DNA of 51,675 nucleotides from Rickettsiales bacterium (GTDB lineage Bacteria; Pseudomonadota; Alphaproteobacteria; Rickettsiales; UBA1997): NCBI GenBank assembly GCA_031287725.1, contig JAITSP010000052.1, positions 1 to 51,675 of the forward strand, read 5' to 3'. Shown piece by piece: positions 43,832 to 51,675 of this stretch (position 1 is its first letter; each line of letters starts with the position of its first letter). The notes under the pieces were generated by a model. It saw only the letters and a program-made list of their open reading frames with translations, ran no database searches and was not told where the DNA came from. The position numbers and the translations under genes were made by a program.

Positions 43832-43986
43832 GTAAGGGGAAGTAGAACAGGCTAGAGCAGCTGTGGTCGGAGGTGAAGTAAATTTCTAACCGGGGGGATT
43901 GTTCCAGAGTTCCTGGCTATCCCCCCGGGACCGAGGAGGCGCTCTCCTGGCCGTGTTGACTTTAGTACCGTTACCGTCCATTCTCC

Positions 43987-44931
43987 GTGGATGATAAAAG
44001 ACATGGGGGATTCCTTGTGAGGAAAGAACATTCCCAGGGCCACGGCCACGGAGAGCATAGCCAGACCTGTGGACACCACCTCTCCGGCAGCAGCGAGAGG
44101 GCAGTCTTCTTTGGATTTCTGATAACGTTCCTGTACATGCTGGTTGAGTTTCTAGGAGGCTATCTGTCGGGCTCGCTGGCGCTGACAACGGATGCGATCC
44201 ATATGCTAGCAGATGTCGGTGCACTGCTATCTGCCTGGGCCGGTTTCTATTTCGGTAGGCTACCTAGAAGCCCGAGGAAAACATTTGGCTACCAGAGGTT
44301 TGAGATCCTAGCATCTCTCTCTAATTCGTTTTTTCTGCTAATTTTAGTAGTGTTTGTGGCCTATGAGGCCCTGGAGAGACTGTCAAGGCCGGTGGAGATC
44401 ATGGCGATGCCCATGTTCATCGTGTCTCTGGTGGGTCTAGCTGTGAATTGCCTGGTTTTCTACGTTCTAAATGGAGGGGAGAGGGAGCATCTGAATATCC
44501 AGGGGGCCATTCTCCATGTCATTGGAGATCTGCTGGGCTCAGTGGCGGCCGTTTTAGCTGCCATTGTGGTATATTTCACCGGCTGGACTCCGATAGACTC
44601 CATCCTCTCAATTTTTGCCTGCCTGCTGGTGCTGAACAGTGCTCTGAAGCTATTCCTAGGTTCTCTGAATATTCTGATGGAGGGAGCTCCTCCCCACATC
44701 GATGTGGCAAAGGTGGAACGAACTCTGAGGGAAGTACCCAATGTCAGAGGTCTGCGACTCCATGTCTGGGAAATAACATCGGGAAAACCGATGGCAATGG
44801 TGAATCTAGATATCCGGGAGGAGGAAAAGGCACTGGAAACCATTCGGACAGTGAAGAGCATCCTAGAAAATGATTTCGCCCTGGGCCAGTCTGTCGTCGG
44901 CATTGGCTCCGGAGAGTGCGGAGTGGACTGA
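43987..44931 (+). CDS. Cation diffusion facilitator family divalent-metal efflux protein (CzcD/ZitB-like)
   Basis: His-rich N-terminus HSQGHGHGEHS. CDF signature SLALTTDAIHMLADV and HVIGDLLGSV, about six hydrophobic segments, C-terminal cytoplasmic domain. GTG start uncertain. Confidence 0.88.
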   Translation: MDDKRHGGFLVRKEHSQGHGHGEHSQTCGHHLSGSSERAVFFGFLITFLYMLVEFLGGYLSGSLALTTDAIHMLADVGALLSAWAGFYFGRLPRSPRKTFGYQRFEILASLSNSFFLLILVVFVAYEALERLSRPVEIMAMPMFIVSLVGLAVNCLVFYVLNGGEREHLNIQGAILHVIGDLLGSVAAVLAAIVVYFTGWTPIDSILSIFACLLVLNSALKLFLGSLNILMEGAPPHIDVAKVERTLREVPNVRGLRLHVWEITSGKPMAMVNLDIREEEKALETIRTVKSILENDFALGQSVVGIGSGECGVD

Positions 44932-45054
44932 GGAGGACGGCTAGGTCCAGAACCCGGGTGTTGTCTTCGAATTAGAATTTTTAGATGATATTGCCCTGTT
45001 GTGCTTGCTAATTAAATCATCCCCTCTATCCTCCGGAGAGGCAGTGGGTTAGAA

Positions 45055-47994
45055 ATGGTGGCTAGGGGATTTATGACTAGGAAGTATTTTCAACTAATAT
45101 TGGGTATGGCGGCTATGGTGACGGTGAGTTTGGGTCTACTTAGGCGAAAAAACATAGGGGTTGGCTCGTCGATCTACGGTTTCAGGTTGGTGAGCCGGGA
45201 GGTGATCTATAACAATGGCAGGAGGGACACGGTGTCCCTGCTTGAGCACAGGAAAACTGGAGGGAAGGTTTTGTATGTTCAGAACAACGATCCCCACAGG
45301 TTTTTTGGCATAATTTTTTCGGTGCCGACCCTGGACAAGACAGGGGTCGCCCACATACTGGAGCACTCTGTCCTATCTTCATCCCGTAAATATAAGAGCA
45401 ACGAGCTGTTCTTCGAGCTGGGGAAATTCACTCCGGCCACATTCCTTAACGCATTCACTGCCGAAGGGCAGGTCTGCTATCTCTTCCAAACTATGAACAA
45501 CAGAGACTATCTTAATCTGATGGATGTCTATGTGAACGCTGCTCTACAGCCGGAGCTCTCCGAGATAACCTTCCGGAAAGAGGGCTGGAGGCTGGAGGCT
45601 GACAGGGATGGCAGGCTGAGCTACAACGGAGTGGTTTTCAACGAGATGAAGACCGCCTACTCTAGACCCTCCGAACATTTCTACATAGAATCCTTCAGGA
45701 GCCTCTTCCCCGGGCTAGAATTCGATTCTGGCGGAGTGCCTAACCACATCATGGATCTAAGTCACGAGAATCTGGTGAAATTCCATAGAAATACGCACAA
45801 TCCCTCAAATTCTCTGACCGTAATGTATGGCCAGGGGGAGCTGGGAAGGGAATTGTCGTTGTTGAATGCTAGTTTCAGGGAATTCGAGAGGAAGAAGCCT
45901 CTGAGGCCTAAATTTGAGGATAAGCTAGTGAATTCTCCGGTGGAGAAGATTGCGTCCTATCCGGCCGGCAAGGGAGAGGAGCATTCCTACGTTGTTTTTT
46001 CCTATGTTGTGGGAAACGCTGGAGATCCAGTCGTTGCTAGCCAGGTGAGTTCCCTTGAGTTTCTGCTGGCGGGCTACGAGGATGCCCCTCTGAAGAAAGA
46101 AATAGTGAGAGCCGGACTGGCCAGCGATGTCAGCAGCAGCATAGACTTTGGAAAGGGTAAGCTGGTGCTTTTCATAATATTTGAGGGAGTGAAGAGGAAG
46201 AACGAAGCCAAGATAGAGCCAATTCTGAGGAGTATCTTTGAAACCGTGGCGAGCCAGGGCTTTGGAGAGAGAGCCGAGGAGGCTGCCAGGTCAATTCGGA
46301 GGTATGAGATAGGGAGTGAAGCTAGGTTTGAACTCAGCAGAGGGGAGAAGATTTTCTCTCTGAACAACAGCTACATGCAGGGGGGAGACCCTAAGAAGCA
46401 CTTCAACAGAAAAAAAATCTACGATGAATTTCACAGGACCGTCAGCGGGAAGGACGCATGGAAAAATCTCACTAGGAAAATGCTCCTGGACAATAGGCGA
46501 CGGGCTACAATAGTTTTCCGTCCCAGTGAGCACATGCTGGATCAGCAGGAGAAGGAGATAGGAGCCAAACTGGACGCCCTCAGAAAAAAGATGAGTGCGG
46601 CGGAGCTGAAAAAATTGCAGCAGGAGACTGAGGAATTCCAGAGGGAGATGACAAGAAGGATAGAGACAGATTTTCCAAGAATTTCTCTGGAGGATTGGAA
46701 AAACGAGAGACTAGCCATCAGAACCAGAGCCGAAGATCTGGAAGGGGTGAAGGTACTCTACAATGATCTCGAGTCCAATGGACTGGCCCAGGTTAGCTTT
46801 GCCTTTGATCTAGGCCTGATTCCCCAGGAAATGCTGCCGGCCGTCGGGGTCTACAGTCTTCTCTTTGACGCACTCGATTCGAAGGCCAGAAGCAATGCGG
46901 ATCTATACCTCGAGCAGTCCAGAATCCTGGGCCGTCCTCTGGCCAGGAGTATATCTGTGAAATCCAGCTATGGGGGAAAGAAGGCTCTGGCTAGGTTGAT
47001 TGTGGTGCTGAGGGGTTTCGATGACAACATGGGAAAGAATGCCTTTGATCTGCTGAGTGAAAATCTCTTTGAGCTGGCCTATAGCACCCAGGAGGATAGG
47101 ATTAGGAATATCCTTGAGCGCACAGTGCAGGAGATAGAGATGTCCATCAGGAGGAATGGCTACTACATATTTTCAGATGCGTCGGCTAGAAAAATTCTGG
47201 CCTCCCACCTCGCCGAGGAGAAATACTACCTCTACCTGAAGAGCCTAGTGGAGGACTGGAACAGTGGCTACAGAAGGCTGCTGAGCGATCTGGACTACGT
47301 CAGAGCTAACCTTCTGGTTAGGAATAACCTGGTGGTCAACGTTGTCGGCAGAAGGAAGGTGCTGGAGGAGACCAAAAAATATATAAAAACTCTGCCTCTA
47401 GGAGCATCAAAGGGTGTGGCCCGGGATCCAGACATAAGAAAGTTGAATCAGGCGAGAATTGTGCCCGCCAGAAACTATAGAAACTATATGAGATGCGATT
47501 CTAGGGGAAGGACCTGGGAAATACACTTTCTGCCGGAGTTCATGGCCTGGAACTATCTCTATCCGGAAATTAGGGTGAAGAATGGTGCCTACGGCTCTAA
47601 ACTCTCAATGGATGCGGATCAGATGCTCTTCTACAGCTACTCGGATCCAAATATAGTCAATAGCTTCGAGGTGTTTAGAAATGCTGGAAAGTTCCTCAGA
47701 AATCTCAGAATGTCCGACAGAGACTTCGAGGGGGTTAAGATAAATTCGCTTGCCCTCTACACCTATCCAAGGACTAGCTTTGAGAAGGGAATGATGGTTC
47801 TTGAAAATTATCTCATAGGAAGGACTGACGGAGACATAAAAAAAGAATATAAAACCATAAAGAATTTGAAGCAGGAGGACCTGAGGGCTCTGGCTGACTA
47901 CGTGGAACAGTGTCTCGGTGACTCCCAGATTGCAACCCAGGGCCCAAAGGAGGGTATAGATGAGAACAAAGGTCTATTCGACGAGATAAGGTAG
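45055..47994 (+). CDS. M16C-family (PreP/Cym1-like) zinc metallopeptidase
   Basis: 979 aa. Inverted zinc motif GVAHILEHSVL, FLNAFTAEGQVCY, NLMDVYVNAALQPEL...FRKEGW. N-terminal hydrophobic segment. Confidence 0.87.
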   Translation: MVARGFMTRKYFQLILGMAAMVTVSLGLLRRKNIGVGSSIYGFRLVSREVIYNNGRRDTVSLLEHRKTGGKVLYVQNNDPHRFFGIIFSVPTLDKTGVAHILEHSVLSSSRKYKSNELFFELGKFTPATFLNAFTAEGQVCYLFQTMNNRDYLNLMDVYVNAALQPELSEITFRKEGWRLEADRDGRLSYNGVVFNEMKTAYSRPSEHFYIESFRSLFPGLEFDSGGVPNHIMDLSHENLVKFHRNTHNPSNSLTVMYGQGELGRELSLLNASFREFERKKPLRPKFEDKLVNSPVEKIASYPAGKGEEHSYVVFSYVVGNAGDPVVASQVSSLEFLLAGYEDAPLKKEIVRAGLASDVSSSIDFGKGKLVLFIIFEGVKRKNEAKIEPILRSIFETVASQGFGERAEEAARSIRRYEIGSEARFELSRGEKIFSLNNSYMQGGDPKKHFNRKKIYDEFHRTVSGKDAWKNLTRKMLLDNRRRATIVFRPSEHMLDQQEKEIGAKLDALRKKMSAAELKKLQQETEEFQREMTRRIETDFPRISLEDWKNERLAIRTRAEDLEGVKVLYNDLESNGLAQVSFAFDLGLIPQEMLPAVGVYSLLFDALDSKARSNADLYLEQSRILGRPLARSISVKSSYGGKKALARLIVVLRGFDDNMGKNAFDLLSENLFELAYSTQEDRIRNILERTVQEIEMSIRRNGYYIFSDASARKILASHLAEEKYYLYLKSLVEDWNSGYRRLLSDLDYVRANLLVRNNLVVNVVGRRKVLEETKKYIKTLPLGASKGVARDPDIRKLNQARIVPARNYRNYMRCDSRGRTWEIHFLPEFMAWNYLYPEIRVKNGAYGSKLSMDADQMLFYSYSDPNIVNSFEVFRNAGKFLRNLRMSDRDFEGVKINSLALYTYPRTSFEKGMMVLENYLIGRTDGDIKKEYKTIKNLKQEDLRALADYVEQCLGDSQIATQGPKEGIDENKGLFDEIR

Positions 47995-48117
47995 CGAAAC
48001 TGGCTGATCCAGGGTTGGCGAGGCCGGAGATGGTCTGTCATGGTTATGCCGGGGCGGTTTCGGAGGCTTGAAAGCTAGCGAGAGGATGCTAGACTGGGGG
48101 GAAATTTTCCCATCGCC

Positions 48118-48897
48118 ATGAAGCAGTATCTCGACTTACTAAGGAATGTCCTCCATAGTGGTAGAAAAAAGGATGACCGAACCGGGGTGGGAACCCTATC
48201 CCTCTTTGGTACGCAGACTCGCTATGATCTGAGCGAGGGGTTCCCGCTGGTGACCACCAAGAAAATACATCTAAAGTCCATAATATACGAACTACTCTGG
48301 TTTCTGAGGGGTGAGACGAACATAGGATTCCTCAGAGAGCATGGGGTAAGGATATGGGACGAGTGGGCTGACGAGAACGGGGATCTGGGCCCAGTCTACG
48401 GCAAACAGTGGCGTGACTTCGACGGAGTTGACCAGATGGCGGAGGTTGTGGCCACGCTGAGGACGAATCCAAACTCCAGGAGGATCCTAGTATCCGCCTG
48501 GAATCCCCGGGAGGTCGGAAAGATGCGCCTCCCGCCCTGCCACAGCCTATTCCAGTTCTTTGTCCTCGACAATAGACTCAGCTGCCAGATGTATCAGAGA
48601 TCAGCCGACTGTTTCCTCGGTGTACCATTCAACATTGCCTCCTACTCCCTGCTGACCCTAATGATGGCCCAGGTCTGTGGCATGGAGCCGGGTGAGTTCA
48701 TACACACCACCGGAGACACCCACATATATCTCAACCATCTGGACCAGGTCAGACTGCAGCTGGAGAGAGAACCCTATCCGCCACCGAAGATGCTTCTGAA
48801 CCCCAGCGTCAAGGACCTATTCGCCTTTGGCTACGAGGACTTTAGACTTGTGGACTATCGCTGTCACCCATCCATCAGGGGGGAAGTGGCTGTCTAG
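48118..48897 (+). CDS. thyA: Thymidylate synthase (ThyA type)
   Basis: [40 protein letters not shown], DxHIY.NH. 259 aa. Confidence 0.96.
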   Translation: MKQYLDLLRNVLHSGRKKDDRTGVGTLSLFGTQTRYDLSEGFPLVTTKKIHLKSIIYELLWFLRGETNIGFLREHGVRIWDEWADENGDLGPVYGKQWRDFDGVDQMAEVVATLRTNPNSRRILVSAWNPREVGKMRLPPCHSLFQFFVLDNRLSCQMYQRSADCFLGVPFNIASYSLLTLMMAQVCGMEPGEFIHTTGDTHIYLNHLDQVRLQLEREPYPPPKMLLNPSVKDLFAFGYEDFRLVDYRCHPSIRGEVAV

Positions 48898-49065
48898 GGG
48901 TTTTTTCCGCTAGATCCTGGTTCCCTCACCTCTCACTTTCTCTCCCTAGGTGGCCCGGGGGATTGGAGGCCTCCACTCTGGAGGTCTCTCCCTGGGCTGA
49001 CCCTGGGGGTCAGAGGATTTCCGAAAACGAGCCCAGCTCAGCCGCTAGTCATCGTCCCCCAGTCC

Positions 49066-50334
49066 TTACCAATCCTCTGTGCTTCCGGACTCGCCGTCGT
49101 CTTCCAGGTCACTGCTGCTTTCCTCAGACTCTTCATCATCGTCCTCATCTATGAATTTGTCACCATTCTTACCTTTGCCTAGGCCTTTGCCATTCTTGTA
49201 TTTCCCCTGGAGAGGGGCGGAGGATGACAGGTTTGGTAGCGAAGTGCTGTGCTGTGAATCATTTAGATTTTGAGCGGGTTGTGTATTTTCAGTCTCTAGA
49301 TTCGTCTCTAGCTGTAATGGTGGTGTACTGGAGATGGAAAGTAACGGTTCCCGGGGCGTTGGCAGGGTCGAAGGTGTTTCCTCTCCATCTCCCTCCCTAT
49401 GAGCTCCTAGCTTTAGGAAACGCGGAAAATATGTGCTTAGCTGGCGGCTTCGGGGTGAAGGTGACCTATTCTCCATACCCTCTAGAAAATAGCGCGGATA
49501 GGCTCCCCGCTGGCGATGCCTGGCAGAGGATGGCCCCATCGGCGCCGGCTGTCCATGTCGACCAGTCACCGGATGGTTCCTGTCCGGGGGCAGGACCCGA
49601 TTCGGTCTAGTGTCCTCTAGCCCGGCGCCCCTGTTGGCAGGATCCTGTAGCGTCACTAGCCCGCTATTCTGGTCTTTGTTCGTGACTAGTCTAGCGATTC
49701 CGTCCACCAGGTCTGTAACGGCCCCAGCTATGTCCCGGCTGCTGAATTGCGTCTCAGTCACAGAGGGTGCTAGTTCGCCCTCCGGGTTCTGTCCTTTTCC
49801 CCTACCTCTATTGTTTTTCCTTGATCGGAGATTATTACTTCGGCCTCGTTTTCCAAGCCTATTTCTACCGTTTTTTTGTTTCCCATGTCTTACGTCTCTA
49901 GTACCAAGGACCACCGGGGAATATATCCGATTCTCCTCTCCGTCCTCCGCCGAAGGTTGGCCAGGATCCACAATGGACACCAGATTGATAGCCTCCCGGG
50001 CGGGGTTCAGGGTCGGGACCAGCGGGAACAGGCGTTGGCCGCCGGACAGCGCCCCAGCTGGAAACGCTGTGGGTGCAAATGGCACTCCCAGAGCTGGGCC
50101 TAGAGGCTGTTCAATTCCTCTGGGACCACCACCTAGCAGATCTAGCCCTATCTGGCCAGCATCTAGTCCAGCCATCGGCGTAATTATATTTATATTTATG
50201 ATTATTCTTTCTCCGTTCCCCCCCTTCCTCTTATGCCTCTTTCCGCCTCTGCCGGCCAGAGTGACGCTAGCTGGCCCACAGGCTAAAGCCAGGACCAGCA
50301 TGATGTTGAGGAAACTCCCAACCTTACTTTTCAT
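49066..50334 (-). CDS. Secreted low-complexity protein (Gly/Pro/Arg-rich, acidic C-terminus)
   Basis: ggaggtttttATG ribosome-binding context like that of the array genes. Signal peptide FLNIMLVLALACGPASVTLAG, RG-rich stretch NNRGRGKGQN, tail DEDDDEESEESSSDLEDDGESGSTEDW. Preferred over the overlapping plus-strand ORF. Confidence 0.6.
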   Translation of the reverse strand: MKSKVGSFLNIMLVLALACGPASVTLAGRGGKRHKRKGGNGERIIININIITPMAGLDAGQIGLDLLGGGPRGIEQPLGPALGVPFAPTAFPAGALSGGQRLFPLVPTLNPAREAINLVSIVDPGQPSAEDGEENRIYSPVVLGTRDVRHGKQKNGRNRLGKRGRSNNLRSRKNNRGRGKGQNPEGELAPSVTETQFSSRDIAGAVTDLVDGIARLVTNKDQNSGLVTLQDPANRGAGLEDTRPNRVLPPDRNHPVTGRHGQPAPMGPSSARHRQRGAYPRYFLEGMENRSPSPRSRQLSTYFPRFLKLGAHREGDGEETPSTLPTPREPLLSISSTPPLQLETNLETENTQPAQNLNDSQHSTSLPNLSSSAPLQGKYKNGKGLGKGKNGDKFIDEDDDEESEESSSDLEDDGESGSTEDW

Positions 50335-50673
50335 AAAAACCTCCGATATATACTTATTTGTTTGTAAAAATAGATAGAATCACTTCCGTAATCCTCCCTA
50401 GGGTCTCTTCGCTCCGGATAATAACAATAGTTATGTGAAAAAACAATAATTTCTAGCAAATGGCAAATCACCTGGGGCGGCTAGCAGCTGGGTCCCGTGC
50501 TCTCCGGGCGACCTGGGGATGGGTTCCTTTGGCGTTTTTCTATATTTTTTTATTTCCCGCTGGCTGGTTTTAGAGATTGGATCCGTTGCAAATTGAACAA
50601 ATATAGAGTTTATGGTATTTTTCCACCATCTCTCTGGTTTCCCCCTGGATGGGAACCCAGTGAAAAATCCTAT

Positions 50674-50702
50674 TTGACAGAAGCCTAAAAACATGGTAGA
50701 CT
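50674..50702 (+). promoter_or_regulatory. Putative promoter of the Rpn-family gene
   Basis: ttgaca (50674-50679), 17-nt spacer, tagact (50697-50702), 40 nt upstream of the ATG at 50743. Confidence 0.4.
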
Positions 50703-50742
50703 AGTGACAGTACGGACTTGTGAGTCTATTTATTTGAAATTT

Positions 50743-51675
50743 ATGGGGGGAGGAATAGTGAAGAGGGAAAAAAATACTAGCCGTTCCAAAGATTTTCTAC
50801 TGGAGCCCTGTAGAGACTTTATTTTTAAGCATCTGTTCGGTCTAGAGGGACAGGAGGAGAGACTTCTAAGTCTTATCAATGCTATTCTGGGATATAAACA
50901 TCCCCCAGAGTCTCCGAGACATGGACATCCCCTAGAGTCTTTGATGTTCAGGAATCCAGAGATTCCTAGAGAAAATATAGACGGTAAAACTGTTAGACTT
51001 GATATCCTAACTGTGGTTTCTAATGGCACAGAGATAAATGTGGAGGCTCAGCGCAAACCTATAAAGGAGCTAATCGAGAGGTCTATCTGCTACCAGGCTA
51101 AAATGATAACGGCGGCCCTGAAGAGAGGTGAGAACTATAGTACCATTCCCTCTATGCTGAGTCTGTGGATCACAGACTACAGAACCAAAGGGGGGAGACA
51201 CTATGGCTACCATGAGGCACTATTTACCTACCAGGATAATGGCTTTGATCCGGTGGAGGTTGCTTCGGATAGGTTTCGCACCATTATTCTGGAGTTGCCA
51301 AAAATAAAGTATGATGCTAATCTAGAGACAGAGGAAGATATGTTTATTCTCTGGATGGCTTTTCTAGGGAACCCTAGGTCCATTCCGGAGAGCGTTGGAA
51401 AAAGAGTAAAAATAATAGGAGATGCTATGGCAGATCTGAGAGATATGAGCACAGACGAAGATTTTGTGAGGAGCTGGGATGAGTGGAGATTCCTGGTGGA
51501 CCGGAGGTTTGATATGGCCGAAGGTATGGAAAAGGGTATCAGGCAGGGTATCAGGCAGGGTATCAGGCAGGGTATCAGGCAGGGTATAGAGGAGGGTGTG
51601 AGGAAGACCACCCTGGCGATGCTGCGAGATAACGTTCCTCTACCCACCATAGCCAAATACACCGGACTCAGCGAG
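50743..51675 (+). CDS. Rpn-family recombination-promoting nuclease / putative transposase (PD-(D/E)XK), 3' end outside the window
   Basis: Frame is open from the ATG at 50743 to the window end (311 codons). The ORF track misses it because there is no stop in the window. Motifs: FIFKHLFG, RLDILTV...EINVEAQRK (D...E.Q.K nuclease core), C-terminal G(I)(R/E)(Q/E)G repeats, then TIAKYTGLS. Confidence 0.8.
   Translation, partial: MGGGIVKREKNTSRSKDFLLEPCRDFIFKHLFGLEGQEERLLSLINAILGYKHPPESPRHGHPLESLMFRNPEIPRENIDGKTVRLDILTVVSNGTEINVEAQRKPIKELIERSICYQAKMITAALKRGENYSTIPSMLSLWITDYRTKGGRHYGYHEALFTYQDNGFDPVEVASDRFRTIILELPKIKYDANLETEEDMFILWMAFLGNPRSIPESVGKRVKIIGDAMADLRDMSTDEDFVRSWDEWRFLVDRRFDMAEGMEKGIRQGIRQGIRQGIRQGIEEGVRKTTLAMLRDNVPLPTIAKYTGLSE
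51535..51594 (+). repeat. 12-nt tandem repeat ggtatcaggcag x4 plus one degenerate unit (GIRQ x4, GIEE)
   Basis: Read directly; in frame with the Rpn-family CDS. Confidence 0.9.

Noticed and set aside
44448-44903. Overlapping ORFs (141 aa on the plus strand in another frame, 147 aa on the minus strand) within the CDF transporter gene
   Set aside because: They lie inside a CDS with clear CDF family motifs and have Arg/Gly/Ser-rich off-frame composition.
49610-50377. 255-aa plus-strand ORF overlapping the 422-aa minus-strand ORF
   Set aside because: It has no ribosome-binding site or signal features and is Ser/Pro/Leu-rich off-frame-like sequence. The minus-strand ORF is longer, with a strong SD and a signal peptide. 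Confidence in this choice is moderate.
50730-51662. Minus-strand ORFs 50730-51029 and 51228-51662
   Set aside because: They are shadows of the plus-strand Rpn-family CDS, which has recognisable PD-(D/E)XK motifs. The CLIP repeats on the minus strand are the reverse reading of the GIRQ repeat.

Overview
This 51.7 kb window looks like a bacterial chromosome of Gram-negative type (Pal lipoprotein, M23 peptidase), with mid-range GC by eye. Ordinary housekeeping genes are interleaved with an unusually dense set of very large, low-complexity or eukaryote-like proteins. The housekeeping genes are reverse rubrerythrin, a truncated mfd, pal, pccB, xseB, trxA, an rnd-like exonuclease, a CDF transporter, an M16C peptidase and thyA.

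The headline feature is a head-to-tail array of six paralogous genes at 34182-43831. By motif reading they have a eukaryotic-type protein kinase fold (VxVK, HGD..N, APE, DxFSLA, subdomain XI). Most copies have lost the catalytic Asp, the DFG Asp and/or the beta3 Lys. Each copy sits behind a near-identical ~100 bp promoter-like spacer and ends in a variable Gly-rich tail.

Other points of interest:
- Two paralogous MORN-repeat proteins lie left of the array, and their C-terminal domains carry a His...YxDS...Q....C pattern resembling clan CE (Ulp1/SENP-like) proteases.
- A small DOT1-like methyltransferase.
- Three consecutive Glu/Lys/Ser-rich giant proteins, one of 2824 aa. One has a PAM2-like C-terminal motif and another has RGG clusters.
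- A 1046-aa E/K-rich protein with a duplicated glycine-zipper module.
- An Mfd lacking its whole N-terminal UvrB-homology module.
- A glutamine-synthetase-like protein with substituted metal ligands.
- An Rpn-family PD-(D/E)XK gene running off the 3' edge.

I found no rRNA, tRNA or CRISPR. The overall picture fits a host-associated or intracellular bacterium with an expanded eukaryote-mimicking effector repertoire, but that is inference. All homology calls are by-eye motif recognition and need HMM or structure confirmation.
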